Assembly (NCBI RefSeq): GCF_001574435.1
Contig: NZ_LOCN01000033.1
Location: 6,408 to 38,407 of the forward strand
Reading direction: 5' to 3'
From: Moritella sp. JT01
GTDB lineage: Bacteria > Pseudomonadota > Gammaproteobacteria > Enterobacterales > Moritellaceae
Length of the DNA: 32,000 nucleotides
This document shows, one piece after another, positions 1-9,888 of this stretch. The position numbers and the translations under genes are program-made. Positions within the stretch are counted from its first letter, which is position 1; every line of letters starts with the position of its first letter. The notes beneath the pieces are model-generated. The model made no database searches, was not told the DNA's origin, and saw nothing but the letters and a program-made list of their open reading frames with translations.

Positions 1-258
1 CGGTTTATCTTGCAACATACGTTGCAACCAAGGTGTTAAATATGAACGCGCTTGAAAGCGATAACCACTGGCGACTTCCACCAGCTCTATACCTTTATCA
101 TGATAATCGGCACTTATCTCGGCAATATAGGCGGTCACTTGCTGACGGCTTAAATCATCATCGCCAAGTACATCACGGCATAAAGCCGCTAATGATAACG
201 GTTTCTTCGCAACAAAAATAGCCGCTTCAATAATCTGTTTATAAGGTGTTGTATTCAC
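1..258 (-). CDS. scpB: Segregation and condensation protein B (ScpB), N-terminal part; gene continues beyond window start
   Basis: Not in the ORF track because it runs off the window. Reverse-strand translation from GTG (258-256) is open to position 1 and gives (M)NTTPYKQIIEAAIFVAKKPLSLAALCRDVLGDDDLSRQQVTAYIAEISADYHDKGIELVEVASGYRFQARSYLTPWLQRMLQDKP. The IEAxxFVxxxPLSL and GYRFQ patterns are typical of ScpB. It lies 16 nt downstream of the scpA stop, the usual scpA-scpB order. Confidence 0.8.
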   Translation of the reverse strand, partial: MNTTPYKQIIEAAIFVAKKPLSLAALCRDVLGDDDLSRQQVTAYIAEISADYHDKGIELVEVASGYRFQARSYLTPWLQRMLQDKP

Positions 259-273
259 ACTCAGGTCTCACAC

Positions 274-1059
274 TTATTCGGCTAAACTTAAGTATATCTC
301 ACCCAAAGGATTATTCTGGATAAGGCTAATTAAAGACTCTTTAAGTAACTCGAGGATCGCCAGAAAACTCACCACAATACCGCGTCGACCTTCTTTAAGA
401 TCGAGTACTTGATGGAAAGTTCGCACTTTACCATCTTGCAGTAATGCCAATATATGGGTCATCTTTTCACGTGTGGTTAATACTTCACGTTGGATCTGAT
501 GACGCTCGAAGTGTTCTGCTTTCTTCAGTAATTTTTGCAGATTATACGCCAAGTCACGCAGAGATACTTCAGCTAATAACGGGGTTGTCGTAATATTTTC
601 TGGCAGTTCGGCGTTAGCAACAAAAATATCGCGCTGGATCCTTGGGTGATTATCCAAATTTTCTGCCGCGTTCTTAAAGATTTCATATTCTTGTAGCTGT
701 CGGATCAGCACGAGACGTGGATCGTCCAACTCTTCTTCTGCCACCACTAATTTAGGGAGCAGTAACCGTGATTTAATTTCAGCTAACAGGGCTGCCATGA
801 CCAAATACTCACCGGCAAGTTCAATTTTCAACGTAGTCATCAGATCCACGTATTCCATGTATTGCGCGGTGATTTGTTGCATCGGTAGCTGCAAAATATC
901 GAGTTTTTGCTTTTTGATTAAATACAGCAATAAATCTAACGGTCCTTCAAATGCGTCTAAGAATACACTCAGCGCATCTGGCGGAATAAACAAATCCTTG
1001 GGGACTTTACGTAATAACTCGCCATTAACCTTGGCAATCGCAGTGCTAGACTCTACCAC
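274..1059 (-). CDS. scpA: Segregation and condensation protein A (ScpA, kleisin)
   Basis: 261-aa ORF with the N-terminal FEGPLDLLLYLIKKQKLDI motif typical of ScpA. It is followed by scpB. Confidence 0.85.
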   Translation of the reverse strand: MVESSTAIAKVNGELLRKVPKDLFIPPDALSVFLDAFEGPLDLLLYLIKKQKLDILQLPMQQITAQYMEYVDLMTTLKIELAGEYLVMAALLAEIKSRLLLPKLVVAEEELDDPRLVLIRQLQEYEIFKNAAENLDNHPRIQRDIFVANAELPENITTTPLLAEVSLRDLAYNLQKLLKKAEHFERHQIQREVLTTREKMTHILALLQDGKVRTFHQVLDLKEGRRGIVVSFLAILELLKESLISLIQNNPLGEIYLSLAE

Positions 1060-1062
1060 TGG

Positions 1063-1683
1063 TTACACGAAAGAAGATGCATCACCGGCACCTTGACGAA
1101 GAATAACGGCATCACCTTCCGAATAATCAATAACCGTTGTCGCTTGCTCGCCTAAGTAGCCACCATTGATGATGAGTTCCACTTGGTTTTCAAGTTGGTC
1201 TCGGATCGCTTCTGGATCAAACTCTGCACCTTCGTTACCCGGTAAGATTAACGACGTCGACATCATAGGTTCACCGAGCGCATCTAATAATGCTAACGCA
1301 ATTGTGTTGTCTGGCACACGAATACCGATTGTTTTACGCTTAGGGTTCACTAAACGACGCGGCACTTCTTTGGTCCCTTTAAAAATAAACGTGAACGGAC
1401 CTGGAGTATTATTTTTAAGCGCGCGATAAGCTTGATTATCAACGCGTGCGTACAGTGATAATTCCGATAAATCACGACACAACAAGGTAAAGTCATGGTC
1501 TTTATCTAACTTACGGATCTTACAAATACGCTCTAACGCCGTTTTATCACCAATATGACAGCCTAGCGCATAGCCAGAATCTGTTGGATAGATGATCACA
1601 CCGCCGTTACGTAAAATAGCAACCGCCTGACTGATTAAACGCGTTTGCGGATTATCAGGGTGCACATAGAAAAATTGACTCAT
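1063..1683 (-). CDS. yciO: YciO protein (Sua5/YrdC/YciO family, threonylcarbamoyl-AMP-synthase-like)
   Basis: 206 aa, the same length as E. coli YciO. It has YrdC-fold motifs (IIYPTDSGYALGC, KIRKLDKDHDFTLLC, GIRVPDN). It sits next to trpH and the trp operon, as in E. coli. Confidence 0.8.
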   Translation of the reverse strand: MSQFFYVHPDNPQTRLISQAVAILRNGGVIIYPTDSGYALGCHIGDKTALERICKIRKLDKDHDFTLLCRDLSELSLYARVDNQAYRALKNNTPGPFTFIFKGTKEVPRRLVNPKRKTIGIRVPDNTIALALLDALGEPMMSTSLILPGNEGAEFDPEAIRDQLENQVELIINGGYLGEQATTVIDYSEGDAVILRQGAGDASSFV

Positions 1684-1747
1684 AAATTATTACTCCTTCA
1701 CTGTTTAATGACCATCGCTGACACATCTTAATTACCACTTGGTAAAC

Positions 1748-2674
1748 TTAAGCGCCTTGCTCCACTGCAGAGGCAGGCTTCGCATCACCTTCAGGCCAAG
1801 ACGACCACACAGGGGTACAATCTTTAGGGATATATAAATTTCGACCTAATTCAGTCCAGCTGCTTGGTCGATGAAAATCAGAGCCAACAGACCCTGCTAA
1901 ATTATAATCGCGACTATAACTGGCCAACAGGGTGCGCTCGGTAATACCTTGTTGTGGTTGTCCCACTTCTAGGGCATCACCACCCGCTTCTTCGAAGGCA
2001 GCTAATAATCTTTTAAACCATTTAGTTGACAGTTTATACTGCAGCGGATGAGCCAGTACAGCTTGCCCACCGGATTGATGTATTATTTCTATCGTTTGTT
2101 CAATTGTTGCCCAGTTGGGTGGCACATAACCAGTTTTACCCTTAGCTAAGAAGCGTTTAAATACATTTTGAAAGGTATTCTCAACGCCTTGCTCAACCAA
2201 ATATTTGGCAAAGTGACTACGGGTAATACTGGCATCACCCGCAAGCGCTTTAGCGCCTTCATACGCACCAACAATACGTGCTTTAGCTAAACGATTACCC
2301 ATTTCAACCGCGCGTTCTTCACGCTTACTTCGCTGCTCAGCTAAAAATGCCTGCAGTTCCGGATTTTCTAGGTCAACATTTAGGCCAACGACATGAATCT
2401 CATGGTTTTGCCAATTAGTTGAAACTTCAACGCCATTGATCAAAGTAATAGGCAATGCATGCGCAGCAATCGTATCATGCGCTTCTTGCAAGCCATTAGT
2501 GGTATCGTGATCGGTAATAGCGAACACATCAACACGATGTTCAACCGCGCGTTGAACTAATTCAGCTGGAGTTAAAGATCCATCAGAGGCAGTGGTATGA
2601 GAATGTAGATCGTAAATCATAAAATAGAGTATATCCAGCGATAAAAAGTCAGAAAAGGCATAATAAGGCCCCAT
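1748..2674 (-). CDS. trpH: PHP-domain phosphoesterase TrpH/YciV (RNase AM family)
   Basis: Contains the PHP metal-binding N-terminus IYDLHSHTTASDGS and later HVVGLN and DFH motifs. It is divergent from the trp operon, as in E. coli. The real start may be the internal ATG at 2620 (MIYDLHSH...) rather than 2674; neither has a clear SD. Confidence 0.8.
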   Translation of the reverse strand: MGPYYAFSDFLSLDILYFMIYDLHSHTTASDGSLTPAELVQRAVEHRVDVFAITDHDTTNGLQEAHDTIAAHALPITLINGVEVSTNWQNHEIHVVGLNVDLENPELQAFLAEQRSKREERAVEMGNRLAKARIVGAYEGAKALAGDASITRSHFAKYLVEQGVENTFQNVFKRFLAKGKTGYVPPNWATIEQTIEIIHQSGGQAVLAHPLQYKLSTKWFKRLLAAFEEAGGDALEVGQPQQGITERTLLASYSRDYNLAGSVGSDFHRPSSWTELGRNLYIPKDCTPVWSSWPEGDAKPASAVEQGA

Positions 2675-2718
2675 TATAAGTTTTATTTAACAATTTCACA
2701 CAAAAATTAATAAATGTA

Positions 2719-2760
2719 TTGACAGTAATAGCCCTAACCGCCTAAGTTTAACCTACTTAG
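2719..2760 (+). promoter_or_regulatory. Candidate trp promoter (-35 TTGACA 2719-2724; -10-like TAAGTT 2743-2748) overlapped by inverted repeat CTAAGT-N7-ACTTAG (2742-2760), a possible TrpR-type operator
   Basis: Perfect -35 hexamer with an 18-nt spacer to TAAGTT. The perfect 6+6 inverted repeat was read directly. Its position relative to the trpL start (2783) resembles the E. coli trp promoter/operator layout. No binding data. Confidence 0.45.
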
Positions 2761-2782
2761 ATAACTTTATGGCTCAAACGCA

Positions 2783-2836
2783 ATGCAAAATATTACAAAC
2801 CAAACAATCAGTTGGTGGTGGCACATCCCTCTCTAA
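2783..2836 (+). CDS. trpL: trp operon leader peptide, 17 aa MQNITNQTISWWWHIPL with three consecutive Trp codons
   Basis: ATG 2783, TGG TGG TGG at 2813-2821, TAA at 2834-2836. It lies in a different frame from the track ORF 2769..3026. It sits between the promoter and an intrinsic terminator directly upstream of trpE. The SD is weak. Confidence 0.75.
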   Translation: MQNITNQTISWWWHIPL

Positions 2837-2929
2837 ACGGGCATGTGATTTTGTGATATCTGCAGTAAATGTAAATCTACAAAAAATAACAAACATTAAA
2901 GCCCGTTTCATTGAAACGGGCTTTTTTAT
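2813..2929 (+). promoter_or_regulatory. Transcription attenuator of the trp operon (alternative 1:2, 2:3 and 3:4 pairings)
   Basis: Segment 1 CACATCCC (2822-2829) can pair with GGGCATGTG (2839-2847). Segment 2 AAACGGGC (2835-2842) is complementary to GCCCGTTT (2901-2908) of the terminator 5' arm, giving the antiterminator. The terminator arms are 2901-2909 and 2913-2921. All pairings were derived by hand. Confidence 0.7.
2899..2929 (+). terminator. Attenuator intrinsic terminator: GCCCGTTTC-att-GAAACGGGC followed by TTTTTT
   Basis: Perfect 9-bp GC-containing stem, 3-nt loop and a T6 run at 2922-2927. It lies 36 nt upstream of the trpE ATG. Confidence 0.85.
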
Positions 2930-2964
2930 TGGAAATTTGGACACACTAAAGCAAGGAAAGTGCG

Positions 2965-4596
2965 ATGACGCAACTATTAGCGCCAGGAAAATTACATTCG
3001 ATTCAGCAAGGTTGCCCTCATATTGACGATCCCCTTGCCTTCTATCGCCACATGTATCGCCCAAGCGGTAACAGCCTATTATTAGAATCGGCTGATATAG
3101 TCACCAAAACCGCACTGCAAAGTTTAATTTTGCTCGATGCCGCCGTTAAGATCGCCTGTTTTGGACGTACAGTTGAATTCACCGCGTTAACCTTGAATGG
3201 CGAGAACCTTTTGCCCTTCTTAGCCGATGAATTTAAAGCCAAACTTGGCAACGATGCCATTACCGCTCAGAGCCATAACAAACTCGCACTAACATTCGCC
3301 GCGACTGACGATAGTCTTGATGAAGATTCACGCTTACAGTCATCATCACCTTTCGATGCTTTACGTACCATTATCAACCGCGTCATTCCAGAAACACCTT
3401 TTCATGAAGCATTATTTCTCGGTGGCTGTTTTGCCTATGACATGATTGCCAGTGTTGAAGAATTACCAAGTGTGCCGGATGGCGTCAATATCTGTCCTGA
3501 TTTTGTATTCTATATTGCCGAAACCTTAATTGTGATTGATCGCCAAACCCAACAATCAAAATTAATCGGTAGTGTCTTTGGTGGTGAACACTTTGCCACT
3601 GCACTTAACGAAACAGAAGCAAAATTAGCCCGTATCCAAACGGAATGTGCGACAGTCTTAGCCGCAATACCAGAGTCTAAAGCAGCAGCACTAACAATCA
3701 AGGTTGATATTAGTGACAGTGAGTTCTGCGCGACAGTTGAAGATTTAAAAGACTACATCCGTAAAGGTGATATTTTCCAAGTTGTACCGTCACGTTGCTT
3801 TAGCTTACCTTGTCCAGATTCGTTAGCCGCTTATGCCAAACTAAAACAAACGAACGCAAGTCCGTACATGTTCTACCTAAACGATTCTGACTTTGTGTTA
3901 TTTGGTGCATCGCCAGAAAGTGCATTGAAATATGATGCGCAAACTAATGATGTAGAAATTTATCCGATTGCCGGTACTCGTCGTCGTGGTTTCCGTGCCG
4001 ATGGCTCTATTTGCCCCGACTTAGATGGCCGTATCGAATTAGAATTGCGCCAAGACAAGAAAGAAACTGCCGAACACATCATGCTGGTTGATTTAGCGCG
4101 TAATGACGTAGCCCGTATTAGTCAGCCGGGTACACGTTATGTGGCTAACTTATTAAACGTTGATCGTTACAGCTACGTCATGCACTTAGTGTCTCGCGTA
4201 AAAGGAAAACTACGTAATGACCTTGATGCCCTGCATGCATACCAAGCGTGTATGAACATGGGGACGTTAGTTGGCGCACCTAAGATCCGCGCCGCGGAAC
4301 TGGTTCGTCAAGTAGAACAACAACGCCGTGGTAGTTATGGTGGTGCCGTTGGTTACCTGACTGGTGATGGTACGATGGATACCTGTATTGTAATTCGCTC
4401 TGCATTTGTTAAAGATGGGACTGCGTATGTACAAGCTGGTGCGGGTGTGGTTTACGACTCAAACCCACAAGCTGAAGCCGAAGAAACCCGCAGTAAAGCA
4501 GCCGCTGTATTAAACGCCGTTGCCCTCGCACAAGGTTCATCATTAGCTGCCATCATGAAGGCAGAAGCTAACTCAACAACTAACAACGCCAAGTAA
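2965..4596 (+). CDS. trpE: Anthranilate synthase component I
   Basis: 543 aa with SD AGGAAAG upstream. Motifs: LLESAD (Trp-feedback region), [21 protein letters not shown] and [10 protein letters not shown]. It is the first gene after the attenuator. Confidence 0.95.
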   Translation: MTQLLAPGKLHSIQQGCPHIDDPLAFYRHMYRPSGNSLLLESADIVTKTALQSLILLDAAVKIACFGRTVEFTALTLNGENLLPFLADEFKAKLGNDAITAQSHNKLALTFAATDDSLDEDSRLQSSSPFDALRTIINRVIPETPFHEALFLGGCFAYDMIASVEELPSVPDGVNICPDFVFYIAETLIVIDRQTQQSKLIGSVFGGEHFATALNETEAKLARIQTECATVLAAIPESKAAALTIKVDISDSEFCATVEDLKDYIRKGDIFQVVPSRCFSLPCPDSLAAYAKLKQTNASPYMFYLNDSDFVLFGASPESALKYDAQTNDVEIYPIAGTRRRGFRADGSICPDLDGRIELELRQDKKETAEHIMLVDLARNDVARISQPGTRYVANLLNVDRYSYVMHLVSRVKGKLRNDLDALHAYQACMNMGTLVGAPKIRAAELVRQVEQQRRGSYGGAVGYLTGDGTMDTCIVIRSAFVKDGTAYVQAGAGVVYDSNPQAEAEETRSKAAAVLNAVALAQGSSLAAIMKAEANSTTNNAK

Positions 4597-4606
4597 CGGA
4601 GGCAAC

Positions 4607-5191
4607 ATGAACAATACTTTATTTTTATTAGACAACTTTGACTCTTTTACTTACAACCTCGTGGATCAATTCCGTAGCCTAGGACATGAGGTTAAAATTT
4701 ACCGTAACAGTATTAGTGCCGAAGCGATTAAACAGCAAATAGACCAATGTGAAAACAACCCTGTTGTGGTGCTTTCGCCGGGCCCAGGTAATCCATCAGA
4801 AGCCGGTTGTTTGTTGGAACTAATCCGCTTATGCCGCGGGCAATATCCTATGATTGGCATTTGTTTAGGACACCAAGCACTGGTACAACAGTATGGTGGC
4901 GTAGTTGGCCGTGCAGAAGAGATCATGCATGGTAAAGCCTCATCGATTAACCATGATGGTAAGTTAATGTTTGCCGGTTTAAGTCAGCCGTTACCTGTTG
5001 CACGCTATCATTCATTAGTCGCAACAGAAGTACCGAGCAGCTTAACCGTTAATGCTGAATTTAACGGTATGCCAATGGCAATTATTCAACCAGAAGATAA
5101 AGTAATTGGTTTTCAATTTCATCCAGAATCAATATTAACCAGTGAAGGCGCCGAGCTGTTAAAAAACACCCTAGCATGGGCAACAGCATAG
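4607..5191 (+). CDS. trpG: Anthranilate synthase component II (glutamine amidotransferase), stand-alone
   Basis: 194 aa with SD GGAGG. Class-I GATase motifs are present: GICLGHQ (Cys nucleophile) and FQFHPES. It is separate from trpD. Confidence 0.93.
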   Translation: MNNTLFLLDNFDSFTYNLVDQFRSLGHEVKIYRNSISAEAIKQQIDQCENNPVVVLSPGPGNPSEAGCLLELIRLCRGQYPMIGICLGHQALVQQYGGVVGRAEEIMHGKASSINHDGKLMFAGLSQPLPVARYHSLVATEVPSSLTVNAEFNGMPMAIIQPEDKVIGFQFHPESILTSEGAELLKNTLAWATA

Positions 5192-5215
5192 GTAACAAGC
5201 CCTAAGGAGTAGGTC

Positions 5216-6286
5216 ATGGCAGAATCAAACATCGTACCGGAAAAAGTAGTATCGGAAAACACGGCACCAGCAACAATCACCGCGATTCTAGAAAAATTAT
5301 ACGCAAACCAAGTACTGACTCTTGAAGAATCAGAAACCGTGTTTACGGCAGTGGTACGAGGTGAAATGGACCCTATCGTACTTTCGTCAGTGTTAACTGC
5401 ATTAAAAATACGCGGTGAACAGCCAGATGAGATTGCGGGTGCAGCGCAAGCATTACTCGCAGCAGCGACACCCTTCCCTGCTGTAGAAGGCCTACATGCC
5501 GATTGCTGTGGTACCGGTGGCGATAACATGAATACCATTAATATCTCAACAACAGCTGCGTTTGTCGCTGCTGCTTGTGGGTTAAAAATGACTAAACATG
5601 GTAACCGCAGCGTATCAAGTAAATCAGGCTCGTCAGACTTATTGGAAGCATTTGGTATTAATTTAACCCAAACCCCAGAGCAAGCAAAAGCCTGCCTTGA
5701 TGAATTGGGTATTTGCTTTTTATTCGCACCGCAATACCACGCCGGTATTCGCCATGCGATGCCTGTACGCCAAGCCCTTAAAACCCGCACCATCTTTAAT
5801 GTGCTAGGTCCTCTGCTCAATCCGACTCGCCCACAAGTACAGCTAATGGGTGTATATGATGAATGTTTAATTCGCCCAATCGCCGAAACCATGGATAAAC
5901 TCGGTGTGCAGCGTGCGTTAGTCGTACACGGTAGTGGTTTAGATGAAGTCGCCCTACACGGTGAAACTAAAGTTGCCGAGTTAAATAATGGCATGATCAC
6001 TGAATTCACAGTGAGCCCTGCCGATTTTGGTGTTGAACGTTATGACGTAGCCGAACTACGCGGCGGTGATGCAGCTGAAAATAAAGTCATTATCGAACGC
6101 CTCTTATCTGGTCACGGTACTGACGCACAAAAAGCCGCAGTAGCAATCAACGTATCGGCATTATTAGTGGTAGCAGAAATAGCCACAGACTTCAAACACG
6201 GTACTAAATTAGCAATGGCGGCAATTGATGATGGCCGTGCATTAGCCTTAATCCACCAGCTAGCAGTCAAAAGTCAGCAAATTTAG
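5216..6286 (+). CDS. trpD: Anthranilate phosphoribosyltransferase
   Basis: 356 aa with SD AAGGAG. Motifs: CGTGGDNMNTINIST and KHGNRSVSSKSGSSD. Confidence 0.93.
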   Translation: MAESNIVPEKVVSENTAPATITAILEKLYANQVLTLEESETVFTAVVRGEMDPIVLSSVLTALKIRGEQPDEIAGAAQALLAAATPFPAVEGLHADCCGTGGDNMNTINISTTAAFVAAACGLKMTKHGNRSVSSKSGSSDLLEAFGINLTQTPEQAKACLDELGICFLFAPQYHAGIRHAMPVRQALKTRTIFNVLGPLLNPTRPQVQLMGVYDECLIRPIAETMDKLGVQRALVVHGSGLDEVALHGETKVAELNNGMITEFTVSPADFGVERYDVAELRGGDAAENKVIIERLLSGHGTDAQKAAVAINVSALLVVAEIATDFKHGTKLAMAAIDDGRALALIHQLAVKSQQI

Positions 6287-6306
6287 TCATAAGGAAGGAA
6301 GCATAA

Positions 6307-7695
6307 ATGTTAACGCAAGAATTACAGCAAACCATTCTCGGTAATATTATTGACGATAAAGTGACTTGGGTTACAGCGCGTAAAGCCAGCCAACCATTAG
6401 CGAGTTTTATTGCTGATTTAATACCGACAGATCGTGATTTTTATGCCGCATTATCGGGTAAACCAACCAAGTTTATTCTGGAATGTAAGAAAGCATCTCC
6501 ATCAAAAGGGCTCATTCGCCCCGAATTTGATTTAGATTTAATTGCTGGCGTCTATAAAAACTATGCGGCTGCAGTCTCAGTATTAACGGATGAGAAATAC
6601 TTCCAAGGTGACTTTGACTACATCACTAAAGTACGTAATATCGTGACTCAACCAGTGATTTGTAAAGACTTTATTATTGATGAATACCAGATTTACTTAG
6701 CCCGTTTACACCAGGCAGATGCAACGCTGTTAATGTTATCGGTACTGGATGACGCTGAATATATTGCCTTAGCTAAAGTGGCTCACAGCTTAAACATGGG
6801 CGTACTTACCGAAGTCAGTAATGAAGCAGAATTAGTCCGTGCGATTGCGCTAGATGCAAAAGTGATCGGCATTAATAACCGTGACCTACGCGACTTATCC
6901 ATTGACTTAAACCGCACCAAAGAGATCGCCCCTCAGATCCCAAGTGATCGTATTATCATTTCAGAATCGGGGATCCACAATAACCAACAAGTACGCGATT
7001 TGGCGAACTACGCGAACGGCTTTCTCGTTGGCAGTTCATTAATGTCGCAAGACAACGTTGATTTAGCTTGCCGCCGATTGATTTTAGGTGACAATAAAGT
7101 CTGTGGCCTAACTCGTCCAGAAGACGCCAAAGTAGTGTATGAGCAAGGCGCTATTTATGGCGGACTTATCTTTGCACCAAAATCACCACGTTGTGTTAAC
7201 GTAGCAATAGCGCAAGAGGTCATTGCTGCTGCACCACTGGCTTACGTGGGTGTATTTGTGAATGAACAAGCAACAGTCGTTGCCCAGCTTGCTAATCATC
7301 TTGGTTTGGCCGCAGTACAATTACACGGCAGCGAAGATACAAGCTACATTGCGATATTAAAAACCTTACTCAATAACGACATACAAATTTGGAAAGCACA
7401 CGGGGTTAGCGAACAAGCACCCGATTTAAGCCTGACCAAGGTTGATCGTCATTTAGTTGATAGTAAGGTAGCGGGACAATCAGGTGGCACAGGACAGCCA
7501 TTTGATTGGTCGTTATTAACATCTGAAGATTGCAGTCAAATCATGTTGGCAGGCGGATTAACCCCTGACAACGTGCAAGACGCAGCAAAACTCGGTTGTT
7601 TAGGGCTGGACCTAAACTCAGGATTAGAATCAGCACCCGGTATTAAAGATACAGACAAAATTATCGCGGCATTTAACGCGCTTAGAAATTACTAA
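6307..7695 (+). CDS. trpC: Bifunctional indole-3-glycerol-phosphate synthase / phosphoribosylanthranilate isomerase
   Basis: 462 aa with SD AGGAAGG. The N-terminal IGPS part has [12 protein letters not shown] and GINNRDL. The C-terminal PRAI part has [16 protein letters not shown] and [10 protein letters not shown]. Confidence 0.93.
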   Translation: MLTQELQQTILGNIIDDKVTWVTARKASQPLASFIADLIPTDRDFYAALSGKPTKFILECKKASPSKGLIRPEFDLDLIAGVYKNYAAAVSVLTDEKYFQGDFDYITKVRNIVTQPVICKDFIIDEYQIYLARLHQADATLLMLSVLDDAEYIALAKVAHSLNMGVLTEVSNEAELVRAIALDAKVIGINNRDLRDLSIDLNRTKEIAPQIPSDRIIISESGIHNNQQVRDLANYANGFLVGSSLMSQDNVDLACRRLILGDNKVCGLTRPEDAKVVYEQGAIYGGLIFAPKSPRCVNVAIAQEVIAAAPLAYVGVFVNEQATVVAQLANHLGLAAVQLHGSEDTSYIAILKTLLNNDIQIWKAHGVSEQAPDLSLTKVDRHLVDSKVAGQSGGTGQPFDWSLLTSEDCSQIMLAGGLTPDNVQDAAKLGCLGLDLNSGLESAPGIKDTDKIIAAFNALRNY

Positions 7696-7706
7696 AGGAA
7701 GTTATC

Positions 7707-8897
7707 ATGGCAAAACTTAATGCCTTTTTTGGCGAATTTGGCGGCCAATACGTATCGCAAATTTTAATACCTGCATTAGATGAATTAGAAGATGCATTTA
7801 TCGATTCACAAAATGATCCTGCCTTCGAAGCAGAGTTTCAAAAACTGTTAAATGAATACGCGGGTCGTCCAACACCATTGACGCTATGCCGTAACATTAC
7901 CAAAGGTTCAAAAACCAAGATCTACCTAAAACGTGAAGATCTACTTCACGGTGGCGCGCACAAAACTAACCAAGTACTAGGTCAAGCACTGCTGGCTAAA
8001 CGCATGGGTAAAACCGAGGTCATCGCAGAAACTGGCGCAGGCCAACACGGTACTGCATCTGCGTTAGCCTGTGCGTTATTGGGTCTAAAATGTCGCATCT
8101 ACATGGGTGTGAAAGACATGGAACGCCAAAAGCCGAACGTATTCCGCATGAAATTAATGGGTGCCGAAGTCATTGCCGTAGATTCTGGCGCAGGCACATT
8201 AAAAGATGCCTGTAATGAAGCATTACGTGACTGGTCTGCCAACTACGAAAATGCCCATTACCTACTAGGTACAGCGGCTGGTCCTCACCCATTCCCAACG
8301 ATTGTGCGTGAATTCCAAAAAATGATCGGGGAAGAAGCCAAACAACAGATCTTAAAAGCAGAAGGACGCTTACCCGATGCAGTTATTGCTTGTGTTGGTG
8401 GTGGTTCGAATGCCATTGGTATATTCAATGACTTTATCGAAGAAGAAAATGTCAAACTTTACGGTGTTGAGCCTGCAGGTAAAGGCATTGCCACTGGTCA
8501 GCATGGCGCGCCAATTGCCGAAGGTACCAACGGTATTTTCTTTGGTATGCACTCACTATTGATGCAGGATAACTATGGTCAGATTCAAGAGTCATATTCA
8601 GTATCTGCCGGTTTAGATTTCCCATCTGTGGGCCCACAACACGCACATTTATATACCACTGGTCGTGCAGAATATCCATCTGTAACCGATGAAGAAGCAT
8701 TAGCGTCATTCCAGTTATTATCATCGCAAGAAGGCATTATCCCTGCGCTAGAATCATCTCACGCATTAGCGTATGCACTACAGATGATGGAACAGGATAT
8801 GGATAAAGAACAAATCTTAGTGGTTAACTTATCTGGGCGTGGCGATAAAGATATCTTCACTGTAGCTGATATTCTTGAAGGTAAAGGAGCATTATAA
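7707..8897 (+). CDS. trpB: Tryptophan synthase beta chain
   Basis: 396 aa with SD AAGGAAG. It has the PLP-lysine motif [10 protein letters not shown] and GGGSNAIG. Confidence 0.95.
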   Translation: MAKLNAFFGEFGGQYVSQILIPALDELEDAFIDSQNDPAFEAEFQKLLNEYAGRPTPLTLCRNITKGSKTKIYLKREDLLHGGAHKTNQVLGQALLAKRMGKTEVIAETGAGQHGTASALACALLGLKCRIYMGVKDMERQKPNVFRMKLMGAEVIAVDSGAGTLKDACNEALRDWSANYENAHYLLGTAAGPHPFPTIVREFQKMIGEEAKQQILKAEGRLPDAVIACVGGGSNAIGIFNDFIEEENVKLYGVEPAGKGIATGQHGAPIAEGTNGIFFGMHSLLMQDNYGQIQESYSVSAGLDFPSVGPQHAHLYTTGRAEYPSVTDEEALASFQLLSSQEGIIPALESSHALAYALQMMEQDMDKEQILVVNLSGRGDKDIFTVADILEGKGAL

Positions 8898-9703
8898 TGG
8901 GACGTTATCAACAAGCTTTTGCTGCACTTGCAGAAAAAAATGAAGGCGCTTTTGTTCCATTTGTAACGATTGGCGATCCAAACCGCGAGCAATCAATGGC
9001 GATCATCGAAACGCTCATTGCAGCCGGCGCTGACGCGTTAGAACTCGGTATTCCGTTCTCAGATCCGGTGGCTGATGGCCCGACGATCCAAAAAGCCACG
9101 TCTCGTGCACTAAACGCAGGCATCAACCCTGATATCTGTTTTGAAATGCTCACTGAAATACGTGCTAAACACCCGCAAATACCAATTGGTTTATTGCTGT
9201 ATGCCAACCTAGTTTACGGTAATGGCACAGATAAGTTTATGGCTAAAGCCGCTGCGGCTGGCGTTGACTCATTATTGATTGCCGACGTGCCTGTACAATA
9301 CGGTCAACAATTTAAAGACGCTGGCGATAAAGTGGGTATCGAAAGTATCTACATCGCACCACCAAATGCCGATGAAGCAACGCTGAAACTGGTAGCAGAG
9401 CAAGGGTCTGGTTACACCTACCTACTTAGCCGCGCTGGAGTAACAGGTGCAGAGACTAAAGCAGAAATGCCAGTTGGTCCGTTATTAGACAAGCTAAAAT
9501 CATTTAATGCCGCGCCTTGTCTCCTTGGTTTTGGTATTTCATCACCAGAACAAGTTAAACAAGCTGTTGCAGCAGGTGCTGCGGGTGCTATTTCGGGTTC
9601 AGCTATTGTTAATATCATTGAGAAAAACCTGAATGACAATGAAACAATGCTGCAAGAACTCGCTGAGTTTGTGACGCCAATGAAAGCCGCGACAATTAAA
9701 TAG
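8897..9703 (+). CDS. trpA: Tryptophan synthase alpha chain
   Basis: 268 aa with motifs [15 protein letters not shown] and GFGIS. Its ATG overlaps the trpB stop (TAATG, 1-nt overlap), which suggests translational coupling. SD AAGGAG lies inside the trpB 3' end. Confidence 0.95.
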   Translation: MGRYQQAFAALAEKNEGAFVPFVTIGDPNREQSMAIIETLIAAGADALELGIPFSDPVADGPTIQKATSRALNAGINPDICFEMLTEIRAKHPQIPIGLLLYANLVYGNGTDKFMAKAAAAGVDSLLIADVPVQYGQQFKDAGDKVGIESIYIAPPNADEATLKLVAEQGSGYTYLLSRAGVTGAETKAEMPVGPLLDKLKSFNAAPCLLGFGISSPEQVKQAVAAGAAGAISGSAIVNIIEKNLNDNETMLQELAEFVTPMKAATIK

Positions 9704-9769
9704 TCGAGTATAAACGAAATATATACCCAAGTTATTTCAAGATGCTTGGGTATAACGCTTTACCAATGA

Positions 9770-9839
9770 AGCTCTTAGTGCCTATTATTATGCTATCGCA
9801 ATACGATAGTTATCATAAATGACGCTAAGGGCTTTTTTA
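9770..9839 (+). terminator. Probable trp operon terminator: long interrupted hairpin ending in T6
   Basis: Outer stem AGCTCTTAGTG (9770-9780) pairs with CGCTAAGGGCT (9823-9833): 11 bp including 2 G-U. It encloses an inner hairpin CTATCG-caata-CGATAG (9793-9809) and is followed by TTTTTT. A second 10-bp hairpin without a T-run lies at 9722-9754. Confidence 0.5.
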
Positions 9840-9888
9840 GTACTATAGATCACTCATCGCATTACCAACCAAGGAACAAGGAAGCACC

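Noticed and set aside
33-221. 62-aa plus-strand ORF at the window start
   Set aside because: It is antisense to the clearly recognisable scpB N-terminus that is open to position 1. It has no SD or motif.
2769-3064. Track ORFs 2769..3026 (+) and 2774..3064 (-) across the trp leader
   Set aside because: They run through the attenuator terminator and into trpE. The biologically sensible reading is the 17-aa WWW leader in another frame (2783-2836).
5119-6009. 296-aa ORF on the minus strand
   Set aside because: It is entirely antisense to trpG and trpD, which have strong motif support and SDs. The product is low-complexity and Ser/Ala/Arg-rich with no recognisable motifs, typical of a shadow ORF.
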